The notes under the pieces: generated by a model
Database searches by the model: none
Seen by the model: only the letters and a program-made list of their open reading frames with translations
Told to the model about the DNA's origin: nothing
NCBI GenBank assembly: GCA_964291415.2
Contig: OZ219918.1
Span: forward strand, 1,088,001 to 1,152,000
Direction: 5' to 3'
DNA from: Alphaproteobacteria bacterium
GTDB lineage: Bacteria; Pseudomonadota; Alphaproteobacteria; SP197
DNA length: 64,000 nt
Shown here: positions 1-9,615 of the stretch, piece after piece
Layout of the letters: every line of letters starts with the position of its first letter
Position numbering within the stretch: position 1 is the first letter of the stretch
Program-made: the position numbers and the translations under genes

Positions 1-808
1 GCACCACCGGCATCAGCAAGATGACGGAAATGACGTAAATGCCCCCCGAGATGAGTTGAGCGTTCCGCATGCTCTTGACCCGGATCTCAGGGCTGTACTT
101 TTCCCCGAGGAAGCGCGACGTCTCGAATCCCTGCACCACGAGGAGGGCCCCCGCCAACATCTGGAACTGCGTGAAGACACCCCTCTGCGGGAAGTCGAGG
201 TGGAGTTCCATTTCGGTCAGGAATCCAAATCCGTAGATGGCGAGACCGGTGACGAGGGAGGCGATGACGCAGAGCTGGATCGTGACCGCAATGCTCTCGA
301 GTCGCTCAAGGCCCTCCAATCCCTTGAGATACCCCATGCAGGCGATGGAGACGATCACGATCGTCGTCAGGCCGCGTTCCATGTCCGGATCGTTCATGCC
401 CAGATAACCGAGAAGAAAACTCGACAGCAGGGAGAGGTAGAACGCGACAGCGATGACATAGGCGACGACGAGAACGACGTTGCCCAGGTACTCGATCTCG
501 CGGGTACCCCTGTGGGTCCGTCCGTCGGCGAGGCGTGGTTCGACATGCATGATGTTGAACCGGATGACGTGGCCAATCGCGTAGGCGAGGAGGACGATTC
601 CAAGAATTGCCACCGGCGCCATCGGGCCGACGATGCTCGCGAGCAAGGGCGCCATGATGAGGAACCCGCTGCCGATAATGGAGGAAAGAGGGGTGAGTGT
701 GGCGTGCCACACGTCACCCTTTGCCATCCGTGAGCGAAACAGAATGAGGGCGACGACAGCGCAAGACGCGAGCAGCAGGACGGTGAGCATCGGGCTTGAA
801 GGTGCCAT
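1..808 (-). CDS. APC-superfamily-like membrane permease, 3' end beyond window start
   Basis: Not in ORF track (no stop in window). Manual translation from ATG 808 (GAGG upstream) is open to position 1: MAPSSPMLTVLLL...TPLSSIIGSGFLIMAP...QGFETSRFLG. Many hydrophobic helices, with APC-type IGSG and GFE motifs. Confidence 0.75.
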   Translation of the reverse strand, partial: MAPSSPMLTVLLLASCAVVALILFRSRMAKGDVWHATLTPLSSIIGSGFLIMAPLLASIVGPMAPVAILGIVLLAYAIGHVIRFNIMHVEPRLADGRTHRGTREIEYLGNVVLVVAYVIAVAFYLSLLSSFLLGYLGMNDPDMERGLTTIVIVSIACMGYLKGLEGLERLESIAVTIQLCVIASLVTGLAIYGFGFLTEMELHLDFPQRGVFTQFQMLAGALLVVQGFETSRFLGEKYSPEIRVKSMRNAQLISGGIYVISVILLMPVV

Positions 809-1301
809 GAATAGCCAACCTCGCTGCCTTGGGTGGGTCGGTTCGCGGTCGCGTCACACAATCACGTGCGCCGTCGACTTCAGGGCGATGTGGGCGACTT
901 CCGGGACCGCAACCGAATCACAAGGCAGCCTGGCGAATAAGCAATGCAGATATGTGTACGGTCGCCGGTCGAAAAGCGGAATCGGCCGGCTATCAACTCC
1001 CTCTCCCGTTCCTGCACGACGATACGCCATGGCTCGAGTGCCGGACAAGAATCCGTCCCACTGCATTGACATCGAGCATCCACTCCGGAGTCCGCAAAGG
1101 GGGGCTGCAGTCGGATCGCCGGTCGTCCGACCCCCAAACCGGCCTCCGGTGTGGCACGTTCGTCACTTTCGGGCATCGCACCCACCAGGTGATTGCAGGT
1201 CCAAAGCGGGATTGTGGAGATACCGCACTCAAGGCCGGGAGGCAGCCTTGATTCCCGTCCCGGCCGAACGCTAGGGTCTCTTCCGGGTGCCGGGGCACGT
1301 C

Positions 1302-2456
1302 ATGCCGCTTCTTCACTTCTCCCGCAGGGAATTCGATTGCCGGCTGGCTGCTGCCCGTGCCGCCATGGAGCGTGACGGACTTGATGGCCTGGTGCTGTTT
1401 CGTCAGGACAGCATGTACTATCTCACCGGCTACGACACGAGCGGCTACTCCATGTTCCAGGGCATGTACCTCGGAGCGGACGGAGCGCTCGCATTGCTGA
1501 CGCGTTCGGCGGACCGCATCCAGTCCCGCGAAACGTCCATCGTCGAGGACATTCGCATCTGGCAGGATCGGGAGGATGCGTCGCCTGCCGACGACCTCCG
1601 AGACATGCTCGAGGACCATGGGTGCCGGGGACGACGCCTCGGTGTCGAGTACCATGCCTACGGTCTCACCGGGCAGCGCGCGAAGATGGTCGACGTTGCG
1701 CTCGACGGATTCTGCCGGACCGTCGATGCATCCGACCTCGTCCGCCTGCTCCGGCTGGTCAAGAGCGAGGAGGAGCTAGCGTACGTGCGCAAGGCAGGGT
1801 CGCTGTGTGACCGCATTCTCGATGTCAGCATCGAGCGCACCGTCCCGGGCGCCTCCGTGAAGGCGGTCTATGGGGCGATGATGCAGGCGCTCATGGAGGG
1901 CGGCGGCGATCCGACCGCAGGCCGCTGGCCCATGGGCGCCGGCGAAGCCGCTGTGTTTTGCCGCTACCATACCGGCGACGAGACCGTTGCGGAGCGGGAC
2001 CAGGTCGTGTTTGAGCCGGCTGCAGCCTTTCGGCACTACCATGCGGCCATGATGTACAACATCCTCACCGGAACCCCGGATCATCGCCACGTGAGCATGA
2101 ACCGCGCATGCGCCGATGCCATCGATGCCTGCCTTGAAACCCTGCGCCCGGGGAGGACAGTTGGCGACGTGTTTGACGCACACGCAAGGACATTCGGTGA
2201 TGCTGGCTTCGGTCACGCCCGGCTCGCCGCCTGCGGCTACACCATGGGGGCGATGTATCCCCCGACATGGATGGACTGGCCGATGGTGTGGGCCGGGAAC
2301 CCGCAGGTACTGGAGTCCGGCATGGTGTTCTTCCTTCACATGATCCTGCTCGATGACACCACCGGACTGAGCATGTGCATCGGCGAGACTGCGATCGTGA
2401 CCGACGGAGGGTGTGAGCGCGTCAACCACATTCCCCGGGAGCCGATCGTCAACTGA
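1302..2456 (+). CDS. M24 (Xaa-Pro peptidase/creatinase/ectoine hydrolase-like) family hydrolase
   Basis: Creatinase N-domain (YYLTGY), RLVKSEEE, pita-bread C-domain. The metal ligands are altered (YHAA, CGYTMG, FFLHM). Confidence 0.85.
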   Translation: MPLLHFSRREFDCRLAAARAAMERDGLDGLVLFRQDSMYYLTGYDTSGYSMFQGMYLGADGALALLTRSADRIQSRETSIVEDIRIWQDREDASPADDLRDMLEDHGCRGRRLGVEYHAYGLTGQRAKMVDVALDGFCRTVDASDLVRLLRLVKSEEELAYVRKAGSLCDRILDVSIERTVPGASVKAVYGAMMQALMEGGGDPTAGRWPMGAGEAAVFCRYHTGDETVAERDQVVFEPAAAFRHYHAAMMYNILTGTPDHRHVSMNRACADAIDACLETLRPGRTVGDVFDAHARTFGDAGFGHARLAACGYTMGAMYPPTWMDWPMVWAGNPQVLESGMVFFLHMILLDDTTGLSMCIGETAIVTDGGCERVNHIPREPIVN

Positions 2457-2687
2457 GCATCGTCCAGCGGTGTTGCCCCCTTGAAGAAGACCGGAAGGCC
2501 GACTGCGGCAGAGTTCATGCCAGATCCCGGTCGGGAATGTCATCGGGTGCGGCGACGTCAGGCCGGCTGAGGGGTCCGGAATTGGCCAAGTTCATGGGCT
2601 TGGCGTTGCTGCCGGAGGCATGGGATGGTGACCGGGATCCGTATCGGGCAAAATGACGGTACCGTCCGCAGCCGAGGTGATGAGCGG

Positions 2688-3239
2688 ATGAACAACGGCA
2701 CCCGTCATCACGGGCTCCGGATCCGTTCGGCCACGGAGGGAGACTTCTCCGACATTGCCCGGATCTATGCCTGGCATGTGCGGCACGGAACGGCATCGTT
2801 CGAGATTGATCCACCGGATGCCGGGGAAATGCTGGCACGCTGGCAGGCACTTCGCGCACTAGGCCTCCCCTGGCTCATCGCAGAAACCGCCGACGCCATC
2901 ACGGGGTATGCGTGTGCCTCGCCCTGGCGGTCCCGGTCTGCCTATCGCCTGACGGTGGAGAACTCGGTCTACGTGCGTCACGGATACGACAGGCAGGGAA
3001 CGGGCCTTGTGCTGATGGAAGCGTTGATAAGGCAGTGCGCGAGCCTCGGTTACCGGCAGATGATCGCTGTCATCGGAGGCTCGGCCAACAGGGCCTCGAT
3101 CGACTTTCACGAGCGGCTCGGGTTCCACCGTGTCGGCGTCCTGGAATCGGTTGGTCACAAGTTCGATCGCTGGGTGGATACGGTTCTCATGCAGCGCGCC
3201 CTCGGCGAAGGTGACACATCGCCTCCCGGAGACCCTTGA
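2688..3239 (+). CDS. GNAT N-acetyltransferase, phosphinothricin/methionine-sulfoximine acetyltransferase (Pat/YncA) type
   Basis: TASFE..PP, AYRLTVENSVYV, RQGTG, NRASIDFHERLGF, GHKFDRWVDTVLMQ. Confidence 0.9.
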   Translation: MNNGTRHHGLRIRSATEGDFSDIARIYAWHVRHGTASFEIDPPDAGEMLARWQALRALGLPWLIAETADAITGYACASPWRSRSAYRLTVENSVYVRHGYDRQGTGLVLMEALIRQCASLGYRQMIAVIGGSANRASIDFHERLGFHRVGVLESVGHKFDRWVDTVLMQRALGEGDTSPPGDP

Positions 3240-3414
3240 ATCGCCGGCTTTGCCTGGCTTTCGACCGGGCTCGACGAGGCCCGAGGCGACCCGGGTTCCG
3301 GCGTCGTGTCGGTGACCGGCTGTCCCGCTGCAATGACTGGTGGGGCCAGTGATGCACGACATGTCATGGTGATGCTATGATCGCCGACGCTTTGACCGGA
3401 AATGGGGCCCAGCC

Positions 3415-4800
3415 ATGGAGAGTTTCGAAAGCCAGAACCTGACCGAGGAGATCCTGGCACTTGACGCCCATCTCGTTCATTCCTTCGCCAATCTCGACGG
3501 ATTGAAGGCCGAGGGCGCGCGCACCGTCATTGCCGAGGCTGACGGTGCCTTTGTCTACGATGCGGATGGCAACCGCATGCTGGACGGCATCGGCGGCCTG
3601 TGGTGTGTCAATGTCGGTCACGGGCGCCGCGAGATCATCGATGCCGTGGCCGCACAGTTGCGCAAGCTGGACTACTACTCGACCTTCTACAATCTCACCC
3701 ATCCCGAAGGCGCGCGCCTCTCCCACAAGGTAGCGTCACTGGCTCCGGGTTCGCTCAACCATGTCTATTTCGGCAATTCCGGCTCGGTTGCCAACGACAG
3801 TGCGGTGCGCATCCTCCACCACTACTTCAACCGCCTCGGCGAGCCTTCGAAGCGGATCATTCTCTCGAGGATCGGCGCCTATCACGGCTCGACGCACCTC
3901 TCAGTCGCCCTCACGACTCCGGCCTACCGGGCCGACTGGAACTCGGCCGAGGATCTCGTCCACCACCTCTCGTCACCCTATCCCTACAGGCGGCCCGACG
4001 GCATGACGGTCGACGAGTTCTCGGATTTCCTTATCCAGGAAATGATCGAAGCCATCGAGAAGATCGGCGCCGAGAACATCGCCGGTTTCATCGCCGAACC
4101 GATCATGGGGGCAGGAGGTGTCATCGTGCCGCCCGACGGCTATCACAAACGGACCAGGGACGTGTGCTCGACCTATGGCATCAAGTACATCTCCGACGAG
4201 GTCGTCACGGCGTTCGGACGTCTCGGCCACTTCTTCTCGTCTCAGGATGTCTTCGGCATCGAGCCCGACATCATAACCTCGGCGAAGGGTCTCACCTCGG
4301 GCTATCAGCCGCTCTCGGCGACCATTCTCTCGGAAGAGATCTACGACGTCATTGCCGCACCGGGAGCGATGTTCCTTCACGGCATGACCTATTCGAGTCA
4401 CCCCGCCGCCTGTGCAGCCGCCCTGGCGAACATCGCCATCATGGAGAATGAAGACCTGTGCGGGCACGTCCGGACCACGGGACCGTTGTTCGAGGCGGCG
4501 CTCCATCGTCTTGGAGACCTTGATGCCGTGGGCGAAGTCCGGGGCAGCCATTTCATGCAGGGAATCGAGTTCGTCCGCGATCAGGCCACCGGGGATCTCC
4601 ATGACGCGGAAGTGGATTTTGGCGGGCGCGTGGCGCGCCATGCCCAGAAGCGCGGACTGATCGTCAGGCCCTTGGGTCACATGGCGGTGCTGTCCCCTCC
4701 ACTCATCATCGGTGAGAAGGAAATCGGCATCATCGAGGACGTCCTGCGGGAGAGCATCACCGCGGCACTCGACGACGTCGCGGCGGAGGGCTTGGCCTGA
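3415..4800 (+). CDS. Class III PLP aminotransferase (omega-amino acid/putrescine:pyruvate type)
   Basis: DGIGGLWCVNVGHGR, AYHGST, EPIMGAGG, DEVVTAFGRLG, SAKGLTSGY (PLP Lys), HGMTYSSHP. Confidence 0.92.
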   Translation: MESFESQNLTEEILALDAHLVHSFANLDGLKAEGARTVIAEADGAFVYDADGNRMLDGIGGLWCVNVGHGRREIIDAVAAQLRKLDYYSTFYNLTHPEGARLSHKVASLAPGSLNHVYFGNSGSVANDSAVRILHHYFNRLGEPSKRIILSRIGAYHGSTHLSVALTTPAYRADWNSAEDLVHHLSSPYPYRRPDGMTVDEFSDFLIQEMIEAIEKIGAENIAGFIAEPIMGAGGVIVPPDGYHKRTRDVCSTYGIKYISDEVVTAFGRLGHFFSSQDVFGIEPDIITSAKGLTSGYQPLSATILSEEIYDVIAAPGAMFLHGMTYSSHPAACAAALANIAIMENEDLCGHVRTTGPLFEAALHRLGDLDAVGEVRGSHFMQGIEFVRDQATGDLHDAEVDFGGRVARHAQKRGLIVRPLGHMAVLSPPLIIGEKEIGIIEDVLRESITAALDDVAAEGLA

Positions 4801-4879
4801 CGGGTCAGGTCGGCGGCGCCCCTTCGGCAAGAAACCACCAGCGGTGAACGCGGGACCGTGCGTCGCCCGTCGGCAGGGG

Positions 4880-5454
4880 GGCTGGCAAGAGCACGGAGTG
4901 TCGGTTCCTCCCTCGTCAGACGGGGACGTTCGTCGAGGTAGCCATGATCGCGTAGCCAGGCCTCGAGGTCGTCTGCACTCCTCGTCCTGAACCGGGCGAG
5001 GGCGGGCGGCCGGTTCGAGCGCAGAGTGTCGAGCAACGCCCGCGGATCGCCTGCCAGCGATTCGGCGATCGTGACGAGAAGTTCAAGGTAGTGCCCGGAC
5101 ACGGCATTGCTTCGATGCAGGGAATCGCGATCAACGGGGCGGTTGCGGCCCTCGTTCCACAGCGAGGTGAAGATCGCGAAGAGATCGATACGCGCATCGA
5201 GAAGCCGCCTCGTACAGACTTCGAGAGGAACCATGGCCTCGAAGCGGGCGTTGCTGCTGTCGACCACGTCGCCGGCGAAGAGGACGGCGGCGACATTCCT
5301 GTCGATTGCGAGGTCGACGCAGCGTTCTAGGGCAGCGGCCGGCGTCAGGTCCGCCGGATCGATACCCCCAGTCCACTACGGAATCGGGAATGCCGGAACA
5401 CCGGGTACCGAGGTGAACGTCACCGATGGCCAGAAGTCTCGCGCCGTCGCCCAT
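4880..5454 (-). pseudogene. Remnant of an SbcD/YhaO-like metallophosphoesterase, frameshifted and fused by apparent deletion to an unrelated C-terminal tail
   Basis: GDVHLG motif in ORF 5131..5454. An extra base in the C5 run at 5365-5369 shifts the frame to ...VLFAGDVVD. The expected GNHD motif is missing after RIDLFAI (~5171). Left boundary is approximate. Confidence 0.7.
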
Positions 5455-5543
5455 GCCACCTCACGTCAGGCGGCCGCGGATTGTGACCGCCGCCGTTCGT
5501 GTCTAGATTGAGACTTCCACAGGCACCGGCAAGAGGGTCATTC

Positions 5544-6023
5544 ATGAAGGGCAATCCAGAGGTCGTCGGTTTTTTGAACAGGGTTCTCAAGAACGAGCTC
5601 ACGGCGATCAACCAGTACTTTCTTCATTCCCGCATTCTCAAGGATTGGGGGGTCATCGGCCTGGCCGAGCACAACTACCGGGAATCCCTGGAGGAAATGC
5701 AGCACGCCGACAGCCTGATCGAACGGATTCTCTTCCTCGAGGGTCTTCCCAATCTCCAGGAGCTCGGCAAGCTGATGATCGGCGAGGACGTAAGGGAGAT
5801 CCTGGAGTGCGATCTGAAGCTCGAGTACGCCGCTGTGCCCGTGCTGCGTGACGGGATTGCCTGCTGCGAAGGCAGCAGCGACTTCGTCAGCCGCAACCTG
5901 TTGCGCGACATCCTGCTGGCCGAGGAGGAACATATCGACTGGCTCGAAACGCAACTCGGCCTCATCGAGAAAACGGGAATCGAGAACTACATCCAGCTGC
6001 AGAGTCAGCCCGCCGCCGGTTGA
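5544..6023 (+). CDS. bfr: Bacterioferritin
   Basis: MKGN...[19 protein letters not shown] (haem Met), [24 protein letters not shown]. Confidence 0.97.
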   Translation: MKGNPEVVGFLNRVLKNELTAINQYFLHSRILKDWGVIGLAEHNYRESLEEMQHADSLIERILFLEGLPNLQELGKLMIGEDVREILECDLKLEYAAVPVLRDGIACCEGSSDFVSRNLLRDILLAEEEHIDWLETQLGLIEKTGIENYIQLQSQPAAG

Positions 6024-6024
6024 G

Positions 6025-6234
6025 TCACCTATCCAGGGGGCGTCGTTCCACGTGTGGTTGATCCTGGTAACCGCCGCGCACGAGGTCGATGAGCGCCTGG
6101 GCGTCCTCCAGGCACTGCCCGCACCGGGGGCCGGAGCCAAGCATGGCATAGGCCTGGCGGGCGCAGTGAATGCCCGATTGCGCCACGCCGGCAATGTCGC
6201 GTTCACGATAGGCGTTGCAGATGCAGATGAACAC
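6025..6234 (-). CDS. bfd: Bacterioferritin-associated [2Fe-2S] ferredoxin
   Basis: 69 aa with CxC near the N-terminus (ICICNA) and CGQC; adjacent to bfr. Confidence 0.88.
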   Translation of the reverse strand: MFICICNAYRERDIAGVAQSGIHCARQAYAMLGSGPRCGQCLEDAQALIDLVRGGYQDQPHVERRPLDR

Positions 6235-6277
6235 CGTGTCTCACTTGTGAGGACCGGGAGGCATGCTGACTGCAATT

Positions 6278-6296
6278 GCAAATGATTGTCAATCCC
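6278..6296 (-). promoter_or_regulatory. Candidate Fur-type box overlapping a TTGACA -35 element upstream of bfd
   Basis: Minus strand GGGATTGACAATCATTTGC matches GATAATGATAATCATTATC at 13/19. AT-rich island about 44 bp upstream of the bfd start. Confidence 0.6.
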
Positions 6297-6314
6297 GAAA
6301 TCGGCCTTGGCCGA

Positions 6315-6839
6315 TCATTCACCGGCGAAGAGTGCGTCGAGTGCCTTTCGGTGGATATCGGCGGCATCGGCATCCACGCAGGCCAGCAGGACCCGGCGAA
6401 GCGTGCTGCCTTCCTCGAGATGAAGGCGGATCGCGGTCACGGCTGTTCGAGCGGCGAGGTGGAGGGGATAACCGTAGGCGCCCGTGCTGATGGCCGGGAA
6501 GGCGATCGATCGAAGTCCCTGCTTCACGGCGATGTCGCAGCTACGGCGATAGCAACTCGAGAGCAGAGCCTCCTCTCCTCGCGTACCGCCCTGCCAGACA
6601 GGACCCACGGTGTGAATGACGTGGCGGCTTGGCAGGTTCCAGCCGCCGGTCAGTTTGACATGACCGGTCTCGCAACCACCGAGTGTACGGCACTCTTCGA
6701 GCAGCCGGGGTCCTGCGGCCCGGTGAATGGCACCGTCGACGCCACCGCCGCCGAGCAGCGTGCTGTTGGCGGCATTGACGATGGCGTCGACAGCAAGCGT
6801 GGTGATATCACCCTCAAAGACCTCGATCCGTTCGCGCAT
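6315..6839 (-). CDS. Macrodomain O-acetyl-ADP-ribose deacetylase (YmdB-like)
   Basis: [46 protein letters not shown]. Confidence 0.95.
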   Translation of the reverse strand: MRERIEVFEGDITTLAVDAIVNAANSTLLGGGGVDGAIHRAAGPRLLEECRTLGGCETGHVKLTGGWNLPSRHVIHTVGPVWQGGTRGEEALLSSCYRRSCDIAVKQGLRSIAFPAISTGAYGYPLHLAARTAVTAIRLHLEEGSTLRRVLLACVDADAADIHRKALDALFAGE

Positions 6840-7047
6840 GCGCCCCTATCCCGAATGCCCCCGGCTGTGCTTCCCAGGCGCCGACAACGCCTGCTCGCCA
6901 CCGCCGATGCCGAACCCCTGGAGCGGTGCCGGGCACAGCCCCTGCATAGACAGTATCGTGCCGGGCCTGGCCCGGGTCGAGCCTGTCCTTGTCAACCGCC
7001 ACGGCCATGGACGTCAATCGACGCGCGTCGGTCGAACGCTGCCTCCA

Positions 7048-7650
7048 TCAATCCGCGTAGTCCGTTTCGACAAGGCTGTAGTCACCGGCCGATATCCGGA
7101 TGATTGCGTCCTGCGGCGCAGGGAAACCGAGCAGCGCCTCAGGATCGAGTCCGCAAGCCGCGGCGACGAACATCCGGTTGAACACGCCATGGGCGACGAT
7201 GACCGTCTCGTCGCCAAGGTCGACAGCCTCCAGCCACGCGCTTGCTCGCTCGAAGACATCGCGGCAGCACTCGCCTCCGGGTGCCGCGTTCCGGAACGGG
7301 TCACGGCGCCGACGCTCCCAGGACAACCGGTCGTACAGCACCGCTTCGGTTGCCGTCATGCCCGCGAAGCTGCCGTCATCAATCTCGACCAGCCTGTCGT
7401 CGAACTGGACTGTTTCCAGGGACCGTCCCAGAGCGTCGCAGATCAGGCCGCAGCTTTGACGTGCGCGGCCGAGTGAACTGCACCAAATGGGCACCGTTCC
7501 GGGCTCCGTCACCAGCGTTGCGAGCAGACGCCCCATGGCGCTTGCCTGCTCTGCACCGCGCCGGGTCAGATGCGAATCCTGCTGGCCCTGCATCCGGCCA
7601 ACCCGATTCCATTCCGTCTCGCCGTGCCGCATGAGATAGATGACGCCCAT
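7048..7650 (-). CDS. Histidine phosphatase (phosphoglycerate mutase family)
   Basis: RHGETEWN, SSLGRARQS, LVEIDDG, IVAHG; start set at ATG 7650. Confidence 0.9.
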   Translation of the reverse strand: MGVIYLMRHGETEWNRVGRMQGQQDSHLTRRGAEQASAMGRLLATLVTEPGTVPIWCSSLGRARQSCGLICDALGRSLETVQFDDRLVEIDDGSFAGMTATEAVLYDRLSWERRRRDPFRNAAPGGECCRDVFERASAWLEAVDLGDETVIVAHGVFNRMFVAAACGLDPEALLGFPAPQDAIIRISAGDYSLVETDYAD

Positions 7651-7934
7651 GAATTCTCCGTTGGGGCAGACTCTCCGTGACCCGCACGCGCCAAGGCGGT
7701 GTGACGTGGTCCGAACAGAGCGCTGGAAGCGTGTTCCGTGCGTTCTGCCTTCATCCCTGTCGCGTGACAAGGGCGACGGCACATTCTGCTTCGCCGATTG
7801 CCGCAATCAGATATTCGTCATCGAAGGAGGTGTCCGCGACGTCATGCACGACGATCGCCAGTTCGGCCCATCCGGCAGGAGGGCGCACCTGCATTCGCTT
7901 GCCGGACTGCGTGCCGGGGCGGTAGTTTCGGACC

Positions 7935-9125
7935 ATGACACGGCCGGACGCCATCAGGCTCCACCTCAATGACCCGCGGCTGCGGCAAAGAGCCTATGGC
8001 GAGCCGCAGGCGCACGTGATGTCGCGGGCCACGCGCGGCGTCGCAAGGCAGACGATCGCACGCTGGCCGGACTATGCTCCCACGCCCCTCGTCGATCTCC
8101 CCGGACTCGCCTCGCGTCTCGGCATTGGCGGTCTGAGGATCAAGTACGAAGGCCACCGGTTCGGTCTTGGAAGCTTCAAGGCGCTCGGCGGCGCCTATGG
8201 CGTGCTGCGGGTGCTCGCCCGGGAAACCGGCCGCACCATGGATGACATCATGGCTGGACGCGCCCGGGATGCCGTTGCCGGTGTCACGGTGTGCTGCGCC
8301 ACGGACGGCAATCACGGGCGGGCCGTGGCGTGGGGGGCAGGACTGGCCGGCGCCCGTTGTGTCATCTACCTCCATGACCATGTCAGTCAGGGACGCGAGG
8401 ATGCGATCGCGGCCTATGGAGCCGACATCGTAAGGGTGAAGGGAACCTACGACGACTCGGTCCTGAAGGCTGCAGAGGATGCCCGGAGCCGTGGCTGGAT
8501 CGTTCTCTCGGACACATCGTGGCCCGGTTACGAGGACATTCCCTCCTGGGTGATGCAGGGCTACACCGTGCTCACGGCCGAGGCGATGGAGCAGATGGCC
8601 GCACGCCGGCCAAGCCACGTCTTCATCCAGGCGGGTGTCGGCGGACTGGCCGCGGCGGTGGTGGGGCCGATGTGGGAGGACTGGGGGAGCGCGCGGCCGC
8701 TGACAGTCGTTGTCGAACCCCACGAGGCCGACTGTGTCTACCAGAGCGCTGTTCATGGGCGCCCGACCGAGGGATCAGGGTCCCTCGACACCGTCATGGC
8801 CTGTCTTTCTGCCGGGACGATCTCGCCGCTCGCCTGGACCATCCTGGAGCGCGGAGCCGATGCCTTCGTCACCATTGCCGACCCGTATTCGCCGCAAGCG
8901 ATGGTGACGCTTGCGAACAACGCCGGGTCGCCGCTCGTTGCAGGCGAGTCGGGCGCCGCCGGTCTGGCAGGACTGCTGGCGGCGCTGGAAGAGAGCGATG
9001 TCGGCCAGGCACTGGGACTGAACCGCGAGAGCGATGTTCTTCTGGTCGCCAGCGAGGGAGCGACGGATCCGGAGATTTACACCAGGATCGTCGGGCGTCG
9101 GCCGGAAGAGGTGCCGGGTGGTTGA
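7935..9125 (+). CDS. dpaL: Diaminopropionate ammonia-lyase
   Basis: YAPTPL, RFGLGSFKALGGAY, ATDGNHGRAVAWGA, SDTSWPGY, QAGVGGLA, GESGAAG, EGATDP. Confidence 0.92.
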   Translation: MTRPDAIRLHLNDPRLRQRAYGEPQAHVMSRATRGVARQTIARWPDYAPTPLVDLPGLASRLGIGGLRIKYEGHRFGLGSFKALGGAYGVLRVLARETGRTMDDIMAGRARDAVAGVTVCCATDGNHGRAVAWGAGLAGARCVIYLHDHVSQGREDAIAAYGADIVRVKGTYDDSVLKAAEDARSRGWIVLSDTSWPGYEDIPSWVMQGYTVLTAEAMEQMAARRPSHVFIQAGVGGLAAAVVGPMWEDWGSARPLTVVVEPHEADCVYQSAVHGRPTEGSGSLDTVMACLSAGTISPLAWTILERGADAFVTIADPYSPQAMVTLANNAGSPLVAGESGAAGLAGLLAALEESDVGQALGLNRESDVLLVASEGATDPEIYTRIVGRRPEEVPGG

Positions 9126-9615
9126 CGGCAAGCTCCTGCCCTGTCTGGCGGTGGCCCTGGCGCTCCTTGTCGCGATACCGGCCAAGGGGGACGAATCCGA
9201 ACGCGTCTCGGCGGCACAGCAGGCCCTCCAGGTGATGGGCTACGACCCCGGTCCCGTCGATGGCGCCATGGGGGAGAACACTCGACGCGCCCTGGAAGCG
9301 TTCCAGAAGGAGTTCGGCCTTGCCGTCGACGGCAGGATCGATGACGCGCTTCTTGAGAGGCTTCGCGCAGAGGCGGCCCTCGACGCGGCGTCATCGGAGC
9401 GGCGGCTGGACCGCAAGGGATTGCTGCGCAGCTACACGCGGGCAGTGCAGGAAGGGCTGCATGATCTGGGCTTCGATCCCGGTCCGGTAGACGGGGTGGT
9501 CGGCCCGTTGACCAGGCAGGCCGTGCGCGCCTTTCAGGCGGAGGCAAGCATCGATGTGACGGGGATCATCTCACCGCTGCTCCTCGAGGCCATCAACCAT
9601 GCGAGGGGCCTGTGA
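9118..9615 (+). CDS. Exported protein with two peptidoglycan-binding (PG_binding_1) domains
   Basis: Signal peptide (LAVALALLVAIPAKG). Two copies of Q..L...GY/FDPGPVDG..G..TR.A..AFQ. GTG start overlaps the dpaL stop. Confidence 0.85.
   Translation: MVDGKLLPCLAVALALLVAIPAKGDESERVSAAQQALQVMGYDPGPVDGAMGENTRRALEAFQKEFGLAVDGRIDDALLERLRAEAALDAASSERRLDRKGLLRSYTRAVQEGLHDLGFDPGPVDGVVGPLTRQAVRAFQAEASIDVTGIISPLLLEAINHARGL

Noticed and set aside
3266-3283. Hairpin with ACGA in the loop (guanidine-II riboswitch-like)
   Set aside because: Lacks the G-ACGR-C closure and the second tandem hairpin.
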